A DNA stretch of 64,000 nucleotides from contig JAVZLM010000008.1 in NCBI GenBank assembly GCA_038883775.1, positions 1 through 64,000 of the forward strand, in the 5' to 3' direction. Position 1 is the first letter of the stretch. Every line of letters begins with the position of its first letter. The stretch is from Candidatus Bathyarchaeia archaeon (GTDB lineage Archaea; Thermoproteota; Bathyarchaeia; Bathyarchaeales; Bathycorpusculaceae). Positions 39,288 through 49,008 of the stretch are shown here, piece by piece. A program made the translations under genes and the position numbers. The notes below the pieces were generated by a model, which saw only the letters and a list, made by a program, of their open reading frames with translations, ran no database searches and was not told the origin of the DNA.

Positions 39288-40544
39288 ATGGGATTAATTG
39301 ACCCTCTACCGGCACTTATTATCGCTTTCTCTTTTCTTGTTGTACTACTGTATAAACGTGTAAATCTTGCAATAACATTAAATTCTACAGCCTTGCTTTT
39401 AGCCTTACTTGCATTGGATTGGCAAAACATTCCCACAGTAATTTTTGAAACTACAAATTATTCAACTGTTGAGGGAATACAAACAATTTTTGTTGTACTT
39501 GCAACTTTTGGTATTACTTTGTTAAGTCAACTCTATAACGAAACAGGAGAAATTAAGCATCTCAGTGAAAGCTTAAGCAAAATTATTAAAAACTCAAAAA
39601 TAATTTCAAGCATGCTTCCAGCAATCATCGGTTTTCTTCCTGTTGCTGGCGGAGCATTAATGTCAGCGCCAATAGTTGATGCTGAAACAGAAAAATTGAG
39701 ACTAACACCGGAGAAGAAAACATATGTAAACTTGTGGTTTAGGCATACAATTTTTCCAGTTTACCCCATTAGTCAGCTGTTAATAACAACTGCCGCACTC
39801 ACTAGTGTACCCATGTTCCTGATAATCTTACATCAGATTCCAGTTGTTACCACCATGATAATTATTGGATACCTCATCGCTTTTTGGAAAGTTTCCAGTT
39901 TGAAGAGCCGAGAAAAAAGTGGAGAAAATGGGTTAAAATCAAACTTGCATGATTTTTTTGTTTCTTTTTCCCCGATTTTGGCAACGATAGTCATAGTTGT
40001 TGTATTAGGCTTAACGGGTTTTAATTTGTCTAAGCAGGGGGTTGACGTTCTTATAGCAACGTTTATTGGAATACTCCTTTTAATTTTTATTTCAAAAACA
40101 AATCTGGAAACTTTGACAAAAACTTTAAAAAATAGAGGAATTTATGGAATCACATTTGCAGTTTATGGAGCTTTTTTACTGAGAAACATTATTAAAGCTG
40201 GAGGAGTATCTGAAGTTTTTAAAACGTTGATTATGAACGGAAACGTTAACACAGTGGTGCTTTTAACCATTATTCCAAGTACCCTAGGGTTCCTCACAGG
40301 TTCCCCTTTGGCAGGAGTCTCAATAAGCGTCTCGATAATGGCAGGAGTCGTACAGTTTTTGCCTAAGGTTGCTTCACTTATTTACATGAGCGCTTATCTT
40401 GGGTATATTATATCTCCTACACATCTATGTTTCACGTTTACAGCAGAGTATTTTAAATGTCCACTTGGAAAAGCCTACAAATATGTGATTCCATCATCTT
40501 TAGCCACGTTTATGGTTACACTGCTAATCTACTTAATATTTTAG
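39288..40544 (+). CDS. DUF401 family membrane transporter
   Basis: LPVAGGALMSAP, NLWFRH, SPTHLC. Confidence 0.85.
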   Translation: MGLIDPLPALIIAFSFLVVLLYKRVNLAITLNSTALLLALLALDWQNIPTVIFETTNYSTVEGIQTIFVVLATFGITLLSQLYNETGEIKHLSESLSKIIKNSKIISSMLPAIIGFLPVAGGALMSAPIVDAETEKLRLTPEKKTYVNLWFRHTIFPVYPISQLLITTAALTSVPMFLIILHQIPVVTTMIIIGYLIAFWKVSSLKSREKSGENGLKSNLHDFFVSFSPILATIVIVVVLGLTGFNLSKQGVDVLIATFIGILLLIFISKTNLETLTKTLKNRGIYGITFAVYGAFLLRNIIKAGGVSEVFKTLIMNGNVNTVVLLTIIPSTLGFLTGSPLAGVSISVSIMAGVVQFLPKVASLIYMSAYLGYIISPTHLCFTFTAEYFKCPLGKAYKYVIPSSLATFMVTLLIYLIF

Positions 40545-40678
40545 ACAAATTTTCCATTCAACTTTCAAGTTAAAAACTGAAAATCGCAAGTGAACCATTG
40601 CTTCATACAAAACCTTTGGAACAGAAAGATAGATATTTCATAAAAATATAAGAAGCGAACGTTAATAGGTGATGAAGT

Positions 40679-42058
40679 TTGAGTGAAGCTCAATTTGAAA
40701 AACTTGAAAGCATAGTTGTTGACCTGATGCGACAAGCAAAGGTTCCTGGACTGAGTATATCAGTTGTTATTGATGGAAAACCAGCATATGCAAAAGGATT
40801 TGGCGCAAGAAACCTAGAAAAGAATTTACCCATGACTCCAGATACGCTTTGGGGAATAGCTTCAATTTCAAAGTCTTTCTGCGCTATGGCAGTAATGCAG
40901 CTTGTTGAAAATGGAAAAATAGACCTTAACGCTCCGGTGAGAAAATACATTAATTTTAAACTTGGTAAGAAAGGTAAACCTATAACAATTCACCATTTGC
41001 TTTGTCATTCTTCAGGCATACCTGAACTTGATGCCACAACAGCTGCAACGGTTAAAGAAGCGTTTATTCCCATGAGTAGCGAAGAAGACTTTCTGCGTTT
41101 TGTAAATAAGGCAAACACAGAGATTTTTAGTGATCCAGGTGAAATGTTCATGTATAACAATGATATGTACACTTGTCTTGGGCTTGTAGTGCAGAAGGTC
41201 GCAAAGATGAGATATGAAGATTACGTGAAAAAGAACATTTTGAAACCTCTTCAAATGAATAGATCAACATTCATAAAAGAAGAGTTCGAAAAAGACGACA
41301 ATATTATTACAGGCTATGTCCTTTCAAAAGATGGAAAATCCATGGAACTCAAGCCAATCAAGAATGATAGGCTAGATTACGCTTGTGGTGGCTTATACTC
41401 TTCAGTTCGCGAATTACAGAATTACATGATAATGTTAATGAATGGCGGGGAATTTAATGGACATCAACTTTTGGAGAAGTCATCGATTGAGAAAATGTGG
41501 ACGCCATACATAAAACCGCCAGCTGCGTATGCCCATGGTGATGGCGGTTACGGTTATGGATGGAGCATTGAAAAGGAATTCTTTGGCTATAAGCTTGTAC
41601 AACATGGCGGAAATATTCCAACGTCGGGAGGCTTCTTAGCCATGGTTCCAGAGAAAAAATTAGGGATTGCACTTGGACAGATTCCAAATCCTTCGATAAT
41701 TCATGAAGCAATCGTTCGAGGGCTTCTCGCAATACTTCTGGGAGAAGACATGGACAAGGCAGCTCCAATAATTGGGATACAAAAAAAGCTTGAACGTATA
41801 ATTGGGAAATACAAGACTTATGGAATGGTGCAGGGAGAAATTTCAATGGAAGATGGTATTCTCTACTTAACTCTCATTTTCGAAGGAGAAAGTAAACCAG
41901 TGAAACTTCCTCTCCTAATTAAAGACATCGAGAAACTTAAGTTCTCAATTCCAGCCTTGCTGCCTGAACATGAAATGGATGTCCAAATAATTACAGATGA
42001 AAAAACTGGAAAAGTTCACATGCAGATAGATCGATACTATTTTCACAAAATCGCCTAA
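40679..42058 (+). CDS. Serine hydrolase, beta-lactamase family
   Basis: SISK, YNN, HGG motifs. Confidence 0.92.
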   Translation: MSEAQFEKLESIVVDLMRQAKVPGLSISVVIDGKPAYAKGFGARNLEKNLPMTPDTLWGIASISKSFCAMAVMQLVENGKIDLNAPVRKYINFKLGKKGKPITIHHLLCHSSGIPELDATTAATVKEAFIPMSSEEDFLRFVNKANTEIFSDPGEMFMYNNDMYTCLGLVVQKVAKMRYEDYVKKNILKPLQMNRSTFIKEEFEKDDNIITGYVLSKDGKSMELKPIKNDRLDYACGGLYSSVRELQNYMIMLMNGGEFNGHQLLEKSSIEKMWTPYIKPPAAYAHGDGGYGYGWSIEKEFFGYKLVQHGGNIPTSGGFLAMVPEKKLGIALGQIPNPSIIHEAIVRGLLAILLGEDMDKAAPIIGIQKKLERIIGKYKTYGMVQGEISMEDGILYLTLIFEGESKPVKLPLLIKDIEKLKFSIPALLPEHEMDVQIITDEKTGKVHMQIDRYYFHKIA

Positions 42059-42160
42059 AACCATCCATCATTCAATAATAATTTAGAGAAAGCCTTGTTA
42101 AAGTAAAATAGCTATAAAAACGTGAATGAAATTTTATTGCCATACTCTTTTTTTACATTG

Positions 42161-43945
42161 TTAATCTGTGATTTTTTCCAATTCCGTTATGAAATGTTGG
42201 TATTGTTTCATGCCTATTTGCCAAAAGTCTCTGCTGCTGATGTTGAAGCCTGCGATTTTGCCTATTTCTATGGGGGATAGGCTGCTTCCAGCCGATAGGA
42301 TTTGTTTCATTTTCGGTATGAAGGCTTTGCCTTCTTGGAGATACTTTTGGTAGAGGGCGTAAACGAATAGTTGTGCGTAAACATATGGGTAGTTGTAGAA
42401 TCGGAAGTTAGCCATATAATAGTGCGGTGTTATGCTCCATTCTGAAAGCATCTCGTTGAACCATTCCACAGTGTCGCCGTAGGCTTTGTTTCGTGCGGCA
42501 ACCCAATATTTGCATATGGTTTCATGGTTTAGGTATTCGCCTCTTTTGATAACATTGTAAATTTGCTGTTCAAACCATGCGCGGGCGGTTACGCTAAAGA
42601 TTACTCTTCCTGCGCCGTCGAGAATTCTGCAGAGAATCGCTTTCTTTTCCATGTCTGTTTTTGCTTCGCTTAGTAGGAGGTCTGTGAGGAGTAGTTCGCC
42701 AAATATGGAGGCGGTTTCTGCCACAACCATGGGAATCCTCGTGTTCAAAATTGTTTGGTTTCGGAAACAATAGTAGTCGTGGGTTGCGTGGCCGAGTTCG
42801 TGGGCTAATGTGTAAACGTCGTTTAGTCTTCCGTTGAAGCTTTGGAGTACGAAGGCTGATTTTCCATTATACCATCCTGCGCAAAAGGCGCCGTGCTGTT
42901 TGCCAAATCTTGGTGTAGCATCAATGTGGTTTCTTGCGAACATGTCTTTAACAGCGAAAGCATATTCTTCGTCGAAATTGCTGTAAGCTTTAATAACTAA
43001 GTCCTTAGCCTTTTCAAAGTCGAATTTCATTTCTGGCGCATCTGGTAAAGGTGCAATGATGTCGTGGCAGCCAAGCTTGGGTAAGCCCATTATTTTTGCC
43101 TTAAGCCTAAGATAATGCTTGTATAAGCCAACATTTTCTTCAACAACTTTAAGCAAATTGTCTATGGTTTGTTGGTCCACGTCATTGGCTATTAGGCTGG
43201 CGTGCATGGGTGAATCGTATTTTCTCCATTCGCAGACGCTTAGCCAATCATTACAGATATTCCTAAAAGCTGAGGAGAAGATTTCTCCGTCTTTCCCGAC
43301 AAGGCTGAAGACTGATTTGTAGGCTGATTCGCGGGTGGCACGGTCTGGATGAGCGAATAAGCCGTAGGCTTGGCCGAATGGAAGTGTTTTCTTTTCGCCT
43401 TCCACCATAACCTCAAACATTCGTGTGTTTAGCCATTTGGCTTGTAGTTCTTCCCATGCGGAAACTCCGAACTGGTCTTTTTCGATTATTAGTTTTTCTT
43501 CTGTTTCTGAAAGTTGGTGTGGAACTTTGCGCTTTAGTCTTTCTAGGGCATGTTTATAATTTGCCAAGAGTGGGTCTGAGATTAATTCTGGTTTTTCGTA
43601 GACTAGTTTTCCAACTTCAAGCTCGAAGAAGGCTAATAGTTTGCCAAGTTTTGCTTCTAACTTCATGGCCTTGTCATGGAGCGCTTGGGTTTCTGGTAAT
43701 GTCATGTTGGCAGCAAACGCAAGTTCGCAGAATAGCGTGATTTCTCTAAGTTTTGCTTGATACGCTTCAAACTCTTGTAGGCATAGGAGCAGTTCTTTGG
43801 CTGTGAAATCCTTAATTTTTCCTCGGTATTTGTTTGCGAATTTTTCAGCCATATCCGTTAATTCGCTCATGGCTTTCTGCACTGAAGGGTCTGTAATGCT
43901 TGGAAAAATTTCGGACAAGTTCCAAACAACTTCACTTTTCATCAT
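42161..43945 (-). CDS. M3B oligoendopeptidase F
   Basis: GAFC, TLAHELGH, AETASIFGE, FYNYPY. Confidence 0.93.
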   Translation of the reverse strand: MMKSEVVWNLSEIFPSITDPSVQKAMSELTDMAEKFANKYRGKIKDFTAKELLLCLQEFEAYQAKLREITLFCELAFAANMTLPETQALHDKAMKLEAKLGKLLAFFELEVGKLVYEKPELISDPLLANYKHALERLKRKVPHQLSETEEKLIIEKDQFGVSAWEELQAKWLNTRMFEVMVEGEKKTLPFGQAYGLFAHPDRATRESAYKSVFSLVGKDGEIFSSAFRNICNDWLSVCEWRKYDSPMHASLIANDVDQQTIDNLLKVVEENVGLYKHYLRLKAKIMGLPKLGCHDIIAPLPDAPEMKFDFEKAKDLVIKAYSNFDEEYAFAVKDMFARNHIDATPRFGKQHGAFCAGWYNGKSAFVLQSFNGRLNDVYTLAHELGHATHDYYCFRNQTILNTRIPMVVAETASIFGELLLTDLLLSEAKTDMEKKAILCRILDGAGRVIFSVTARAWFEQQIYNVIKRGEYLNHETICKYWVAARNKAYGDTVEWFNEMLSEWSITPHYYMANFRFYNYPYVYAQLFVYALYQKYLQEGKAFIPKMKQILSAGSSLSPIEIGKIAGFNISSRDFWQIGMKQYQHFITELEKITD

Positions 43946-44030
43946 ATCTTAATCACATTCCAACAGCAGAATAACCCATTAAAGCAGCAACAAAATTTAA
44001 AGCTTAAGAGTAACAAAGCCTTTTAATGTG

Positions 44031-44092
44031 GATTTTAGGAAGTTTTCAACGGCTAAATTGGATACCCTCTCTAGATTTTTGTGCGGAGTTGT
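44031..44092 (+). repeat. Direct repeat copy 1 flanking the RelE TA module
   Basis: About 47 of 53 nt match 44607-44659. Confidence 0.85.
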
Positions 44093-44101
44093 TTGAGATG
44101 T

Positions 44102-44365
44102 TTATTCGTAGGCTTTTTCTCTTGGTCCTATGTAGTGGATTAGTATTGTTTTTTCATTCCAGAAAACTTGGTAAACTATTCGAAGGTTGCCTATTCTGAT
44201 TCTGTATGTGCTTTCGTAGCCTTGGAGTTTGCAGACATCAACTTTTTTGAATGGTATTGGGTCGTTTTTTAGAATTAAGATTATTGTTTCTATGTTTCTT
44301 TTTTGTTTTTGGTTTAGTTTTTCGAGTTTTCTGAGGGCTTTTCTCTTAATCTTTACGGCGAACAT
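44102..44365 (-). CDS. RelE/ParE family toxin
   Basis: KLQG...YRIRIGNLRIVY...IGPREKAY. Confidence 0.92.
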   Translation of the reverse strand: MFAVKIKRKALRKLEKLNQKQKRNIETIILILKNDPIPFKKVDVCKLQGYESTYRIRIGNLRIVYQVFWNEKTILIHYIGPREKAYE

Positions 44366-44546
44366 TAGTTTTGCCCAACGCCTTCATTAGTTCTTTCTCA
44401 TTAGCTACTTCGTCTTTCTCTTCTATGGCTTTTCTTTCTTCGGGTGTGGGTTGTTCGGTTGGTATTAGTTTTTCTACTAGTTCTTTGTAGAGAAGCCTTA
44501 GCTCTCGCAGTTCTTTTCTAATGTCTTTTAACACTTCGACGCTCAT
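44346..44546 (-). CDS. Putative antitoxin
   Basis: Small acidic ORF (PTPEERKAIEE) overlapping the relE start. Confidence 0.75.
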   Translation of the reverse strand: MSVEVLKDIRKELRELRLLYKELVEKLIPTEQPTPEERKAIEEKDEVANEKELMKALGKTNVRRKD

Positions 44547-44606
44547 AATTTCAAAGCCCCTAGTGTATGATTATTTAAAATCACACTTATAATTATTAAC
44601 ATTGTT

Positions 44607-44665
44607 GATTTTAGAAAAGTTTCAACTGCTAAATTGGATGCCCTCTCTAGGTTTTTGTGGGTTGT
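44607..44665 (+). repeat. Direct repeat copy 2 flanking the RelE TA module
   Basis: GATTTTAG...TTCAAC.GCTAAATTGGAT.CCCTCTCTAG.TTTTTGTG. Confidence 0.85.
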
Positions 44666-44730
44666 CACGCGGGGTTCTTTGAGCATTCTAATTTAATCAG
44701 TGTTTTAATCAAAAGTCTTATGGGTGTAAA

Positions 44731-45219
44731 ATGATGAAAAAAGAAAAGGGTGAAAGAATGAGCGAAGAAGGGTGGAGTCCTCCTAAATGGATGTATAGAG
44801 AAAGAAAGCCTCCAAATGATGATGCCTATTTTGAGAACATGACAAGAGTTATTTTTCTGGCTGGGTTGGGGTGGAGGATGATTGATGAGAAATGGTCTAA
44901 CTTTAAGAAGGCTTTTAGGGACTTCTCTGTGGATGAGGTTGCCGAGTTTGGCGATGATGACGTTAAGCGGCTTATGAGCGACGCTGGTATTGTAAGGAAT
45001 AGGGTAAAGATAACGGCAACTATTAGCAATGCAAGGCAATTTCAAAACATAAGAAAAGAGTATGGGTCATTCAAATCTTACTTGGATGGGCTTGATAAAT
45101 CAAATAATTATGCATTAGCCATTAAGGAGCTTGGCAAGAAATTTAAAAGACTTGGTCCTTCATCAGCAAGAATTTTCCTATTCAGCGTCGGAGAAAACAT
45201 AAGACACTCGGAAGAATAA
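44731..45219 (+). CDS. DNA-3-methyladenine glycosylase I (Tag)-like protein
   Basis: FLAGLGW, GIVRNRVKI...NAR, FKRLGP. Confidence 0.85.
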   Translation: MMKKEKGERMSEEGWSPPKWMYRERKPPNDDAYFENMTRVIFLAGLGWRMIDEKWSNFKKAFRDFSVDEVAEFGDDDVKRLMSDAGIVRNRVKITATISNARQFQNIRKEYGSFKSYLDGLDKSNNYALAIKELGKKFKRLGPSSARIFLFSVGENIRHSEE

Positions 45220-45224
45220 AGGAT

Positions 45225-46040
45225 ATGCCAAGGTATACAATTCCAGTTTGGGAAATGTGCATTCAAGCTTTAGAACAGTTAGGCGGTCGTAAAAAATATG
45301 TTCCTTTAAAAGATATCGTTGCTAAAGTGCATGAATTATGGCTTACACAGAACGTAAATGAGGAAACAATACGTTGTCAAGTTTTTAGACACTGTATCAA
45401 CTGTCATCCAACTCACGATGAGTTTCCAGATAAAGGTAAAATGTGGAGACAAAGAAAATTGTTTGTGACTGATGGAAAAGGAAACTATCGCTTTTATGAT
45501 GAAGGAAAAGATAGAAAAATTTACGTGGCATCTTTGAGAGAAGACGAAGAGGAAAGAATAGAGGTTCCATCTAAGTTTCTGGGAAATAGAAAAAAGGAAT
45601 CTAAGAGAGCAGCTCCACTCACTGATGTTTACATAAATGCTATACAAAAATTGCAAGTAATTGGAAATAAATTAGGATTCAAAACTGAAGATGGAGTGAG
45701 GATAGAAGGCGGTGAAGTTGACCATGTTTGGTTCATTGATTTTGGTGCCAACCTCCCTTACTTTGGATCTAAAATTCCCGTAGTTGGATTTGAGATTGAG
45801 ACAAGTTGGAGAACTCGAAAACATATTAAAGGTGATGTTTTCAATTTGTTAACAATTAATTCTGCATTTGGAATTATACTATTTCTTAGACAAGGTTTCC
45901 GCAGCGAATCTCAGTTCAAAGGAAATGTGAATGCTGCAAAAAGATATGTTCGAACTTTTGAAGGAAGAAAAAAGATTTTCGTATGGTCGGAGGAAGACTT
46001 AAGTGAACTTTGGGGACGAATTAATTTACTACGTAAATAA
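45225..46040 (+). CDS. N-terminal HTH + C-terminal PD-(D/E)XK nuclease-like protein
   Basis: N-terminus wHTH-like (LKDIV...NEETIR...GKGNYR); C-terminus GEVDHVW...VVGFEIETS. Confidence 0.6.
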   Translation: MPRYTIPVWEMCIQALEQLGGRKKYVPLKDIVAKVHELWLTQNVNEETIRCQVFRHCINCHPTHDEFPDKGKMWRQRKLFVTDGKGNYRFYDEGKDRKIYVASLREDEEERIEVPSKFLGNRKKESKRAAPLTDVYINAIQKLQVIGNKLGFKTEDGVRIEGGEVDHVWFIDFGANLPYFGSKIPVVGFEIETSWRTRKHIKGDVFNLLTINSAFGIILFLRQGFRSESQFKGNVNAAKRYVRTFEGRKKIFVWSEEDLSELWGRINLLRK

Positions 46041-46886
46041 AGTAGCCCAAGGCGCTGCACCATACTGAAAAACTATGGGTTCATCAGAAAAAAGCACTTT
46101 TGGATGAGAAGAAAAATCTTCAGAAAATTTGTTATACGTCTTTCGAATTAGATCTTCATTTGCTATACCTAAAACGTGAATACTAAATCGTGCATGCACA
46201 AAAAATCGAGTTGATTCAACAATTTGCTTAAGGGATCTTTCATAAACGTATTTAAGTATTGCCTCCATATGGTCAGAGCTTATAATAAGATCTTTAGAGT
46301 GGCTATCTATAAAAACAAAAAGGTTAGTCAAAACAGCGTTTTTTCTTTCAGATGATTCTATTTCTTTCAAATACGAACTATTATCCATTCCTTCAATTTT
46401 AATCTCTTCTACTTCATTTCTTTTAGCCAGTTTCTGAATCGCTTGAGCTTTTTTCGAATAAAAAATAAGCCTCCGTATATCCCAACAATATACGCCCCTT
46501 GACAAAAGTTTATCTATTTTATCTTCTGTCTGTGTATAATTTGTTACAATGACCATTCCGTCAAGTTCTCTAAGAATAGAATCTTTCGGATCTTTGGAAT
46601 TTTTTGCTAGTTGAACTTTTTCAATAAGTTCTGTAACATCTTTCTCTTTGAAGTCTCCTCTTTTTAAACTAAATGCTGTAGCACCATGTGGCGCAAAAAA
46701 TGGAGGCAAAAGTTTGCAATGATTCAAAGGTTTTTTAATGATAGGTTCACCATAAAATTTTGCTATGATATCTAACCCAGATTTTGTATCTCGCTTTCTG
46801 AGGACATTATAACCAAGCCTATCTAAGAGATCTGCAAATGAATCTTCCATGACTCTACTTATTTCGGGAGGAAAATGACCTGACAA
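46029..46886 (-). CDS. Mrr-like restriction-endonuclease-fold protein
   Basis: MEDSFADLLDRLGYNV...GLDIIAK...AFSLK...GMVIVTN...VYCWD. Confidence 0.7.
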   Translation of the reverse strand: MSGHFPPEISRVMEDSFADLLDRLGYNVLRKRDTKSGLDIIAKFYGEPIIKKPLNHCKLLPPFFAPHGATAFSLKRGDFKEKDVTELIEKVQLAKNSKDPKDSILRELDGMVIVTNYTQTEDKIDKLLSRGVYCWDIRRLIFYSKKAQAIQKLAKRNEVEEIKIEGMDNSSYLKEIESSERKNAVLTNLFVFIDSHSKDLIISSDHMEAILKYVYERSLKQIVESTRFFVHARFSIHVLGIANEDLIRKTYNKFSEDFSSHPKVLFSDEPIVFQYGAAPWATLFT

Positions 46887-46895
46887 GATGTTTTT

Positions 46896-47378
46896 TCACT
46901 CAGGAAGTTTGAAGTACGCCCATTTTCCTTCTTTTTGTATGCGACGAAGTACGCCTCGTTGCACGAGTCTAGTCAAATAAACGTTTACTGCTGGTACGCT
47001 ATCAGGAACAGCATTAACCTCAAGTGCCTTTACAACTTCAGCCACCGTACGTGGTGTCCGCCCCCAAGGAGTGCTAAATAGTGCCTCCAAGTTTTCCATC
47101 GTTCTTCTGGAAGGTTTAATCGCTGGTATATCAGCAGTAGGAATTCTAGCCACCTCTTCTGGAGAAAGAGCAGATTCAGGCTCAGCTGAAGGAATTTCTT
47201 CAACAAGTCCTAACTTCTCTGTGACCTTATCTGTAAATTCAGCAAGAGCATCTAGTTCTTTAGAAATAGCTGAGATTGTGCCTTTAGTAAAAATCTTAAA
47301 ACCTTTTCTTCGCACTATAAGTTTCACTGGGAGTTCTGATTTCTCGCTAAGATTTTGTTCTTTCTTCAATTTCATCAT
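46896..47378 (-). CDS. Small N-domain + C-terminal winged helix protein
   Basis: WGRTPRTVAEV...LTRLVQRGVLRRIQKEGKWAY. Confidence 0.7.
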   Translation of the reverse strand: MMKLKKEQNLSEKSELPVKLIVRRKGFKIFTKGTISAISKELDALAEFTDKVTEKLGLVEEIPSAEPESALSPEEVARIPTADIPAIKPSRRTMENLEALFSTPWGRTPRTVAEVVKALEVNAVPDSVPAVNVYLTRLVQRGVLRRIQKEGKWAYFKLPE

Positions 47379-47469
47379 CTCAAACAAGTTCAAATAATTA
47401 TATCCATTTTTAGACTTTAAAATTTTACCGCTGAGTCTAATTTTTGGGCATATGCTCAATATTTTGAAC

Positions 47470-47871
47470 TTAAGGCGGTGGTCTTTTCTGAGCATACTGA
47501 TACCTTCGTGGTTTTCCTTCTCTTGTTAAAATTCCATCTTTTACTAAATCGATTAGGGCGTGGGCTACTGCTGTTCTGTCGTAGTGGAAGCCTCTTTTTG
47601 CCATTTCGCTGTGGACTTCGCTTAAGCCCTTAGCCGTTGTGAACCAGCCTTCTTCCCATAGTTTTTGTATTATGCCTTTGCATGTTTCTGCGCGTGGTGG
47701 TGCTGCTGCTCTTTCGCTTATGATGGGCGATTCTTTCAGCTTTTCTGTTACTGTTGATAGTATGCGGTCTACTGTTGCCTGCAACTGGTCTTCTTGGCAT
47801 TCTATTTCGAATTCTATTTCGCCTATGCGCATTTTTACTCGGATTGGTGGTTTTGGCTGGTTTTGTGTCAA
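47470..47871 (-). CDS. Small beta N-domain + C-terminal winged helix protein
   Basis: IRVKMRIGEIEFEIEC; GWFTTAKGLSEV...LIDLVKDGILTREGKPRRYQY; TTG start with GGTGG SD. Confidence 0.75.
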   Translation of the reverse strand: MTQNQPKPPIRVKMRIGEIEFEIECQEDQLQATVDRILSTVTEKLKESPIISERAAAPPRAETCKGIIQKLWEEGWFTTAKGLSEVHSEMAKRGFHYDRTAVAHALIDLVKDGILTREGKPRRYQYAQKRPPP

Positions 47872-47961
47872 TTTCCCACCTTGTTGTTTATTGAATTGTG
47901 CATCTTGTTCATGCACAACATTTAAATACATCTTCCCCAAACAATTGGCTATTGGTGAATC

Positions 47962-49008
47962 TTGGTGAACACACAATACACTATAACAACAACACAGAAA
48001 TATAATTTTCCACAACCAACCACAGAAACAGCACTGCCGCAACGCCTAATACAATTAAGCCTCCACTCGCTAAAAAATGCGCAAAACAACAACATTCAAC
48101 AAAACCAACAAGGCATACACGCAACCCAATTTCTTCAGCCCATACCCCTAAAACCCAAACAAGAACCAACCATAATCGCAGCAGTAGACACTTCAAGCAT
48201 AAAAATAGGCGAAACAAGCACTGGCATCCTCATAGCCATAAGAGGCGCCAACGTATGGAAACAAAACCGCACTTACCGCTATATGCGCCTAGGACCCTTC
48301 ATCCTCCACATAACAGAAGAAAACAAAAAAGAAGTATACTGCGCATTGCAAAACGCACTAAACCCATCCAACGAAAACCATCTAAACTCGCCGAACATGC
48401 AGCAAATGCCAAACCGCCTCGCAAGCCTACTTGAAAGATGGCTACAAAAAATGCTCTCAAAAACTCTAAACAACAGCCTAATTCTCTTCGACGGCTCATT
48501 GACGAGTGGAACTCCAGACACGCCAACAAAAACCATGAAAGAAATCCTAGAAACAGCAAGAAAAAGAGAAAACACGGTTTTAGCCTTCTCAAAAATGACA
48601 AATTTGAGACTTAACGGGCACATAATAACCGAAATCTTGCCAACGCATAAGCCGCCCTACATGATTGAAGCCTTTGGTTTAAAGGCTAAGCCTCCAATAG
48701 TTTTGTTCGGCGACATCTACATTGCCAAACTATCCAAAGGAAACTGCGCCTTCAGACTGGACATTGACAAGGAAACGCCATTACCGCAGAGAATCGAGGC
48801 TGTTGAAAAGCTTTTGGGAAATGACCTTCTCACCCAAGGTTATCCAGAAACACTGCGTTTGGCGCATATCCTCTGCACATTCACAGCCAACGAAGTCCTA
48901 GCCATGCAGCACTTCATAACGCGAAAATGCGGCGTCAAAATCATAAACAGACCAGACATGCACAAGCTTCTATTCGGAGTTTTCGGAAAAGGAGAGGCAA
49001 ATTCATGA
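47962..49008 (+). CDS. nurA: NurA-family nuclease
   Basis: AAVDTS, ILFDGSL, AFSK, RLDI, GYPETLRLAH. Confidence 0.85.
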   Translation: MVNTQYTITTTQKYNFPQPTTETALPQRLIQLSLHSLKNAQNNNIQQNQQGIHATQFLQPIPLKPKQEPTIIAAVDTSSIKIGETSTGILIAIRGANVWKQNRTYRYMRLGPFILHITEENKKEVYCALQNALNPSNENHLNSPNMQQMPNRLASLLERWLQKMLSKTLNNSLILFDGSLTSGTPDTPTKTMKEILETARKRENTVLAFSKMTNLRLNGHIITEILPTHKPPYMIEAFGLKAKPPIVLFGDIYIAKLSKGNCAFRLDIDKETPLPQRIEAVEKLLGNDLLTQGYPETLRLAHILCTFTANEVLAMQHFITRKCGVKIINRPDMHKLLFGVFGKGEANS

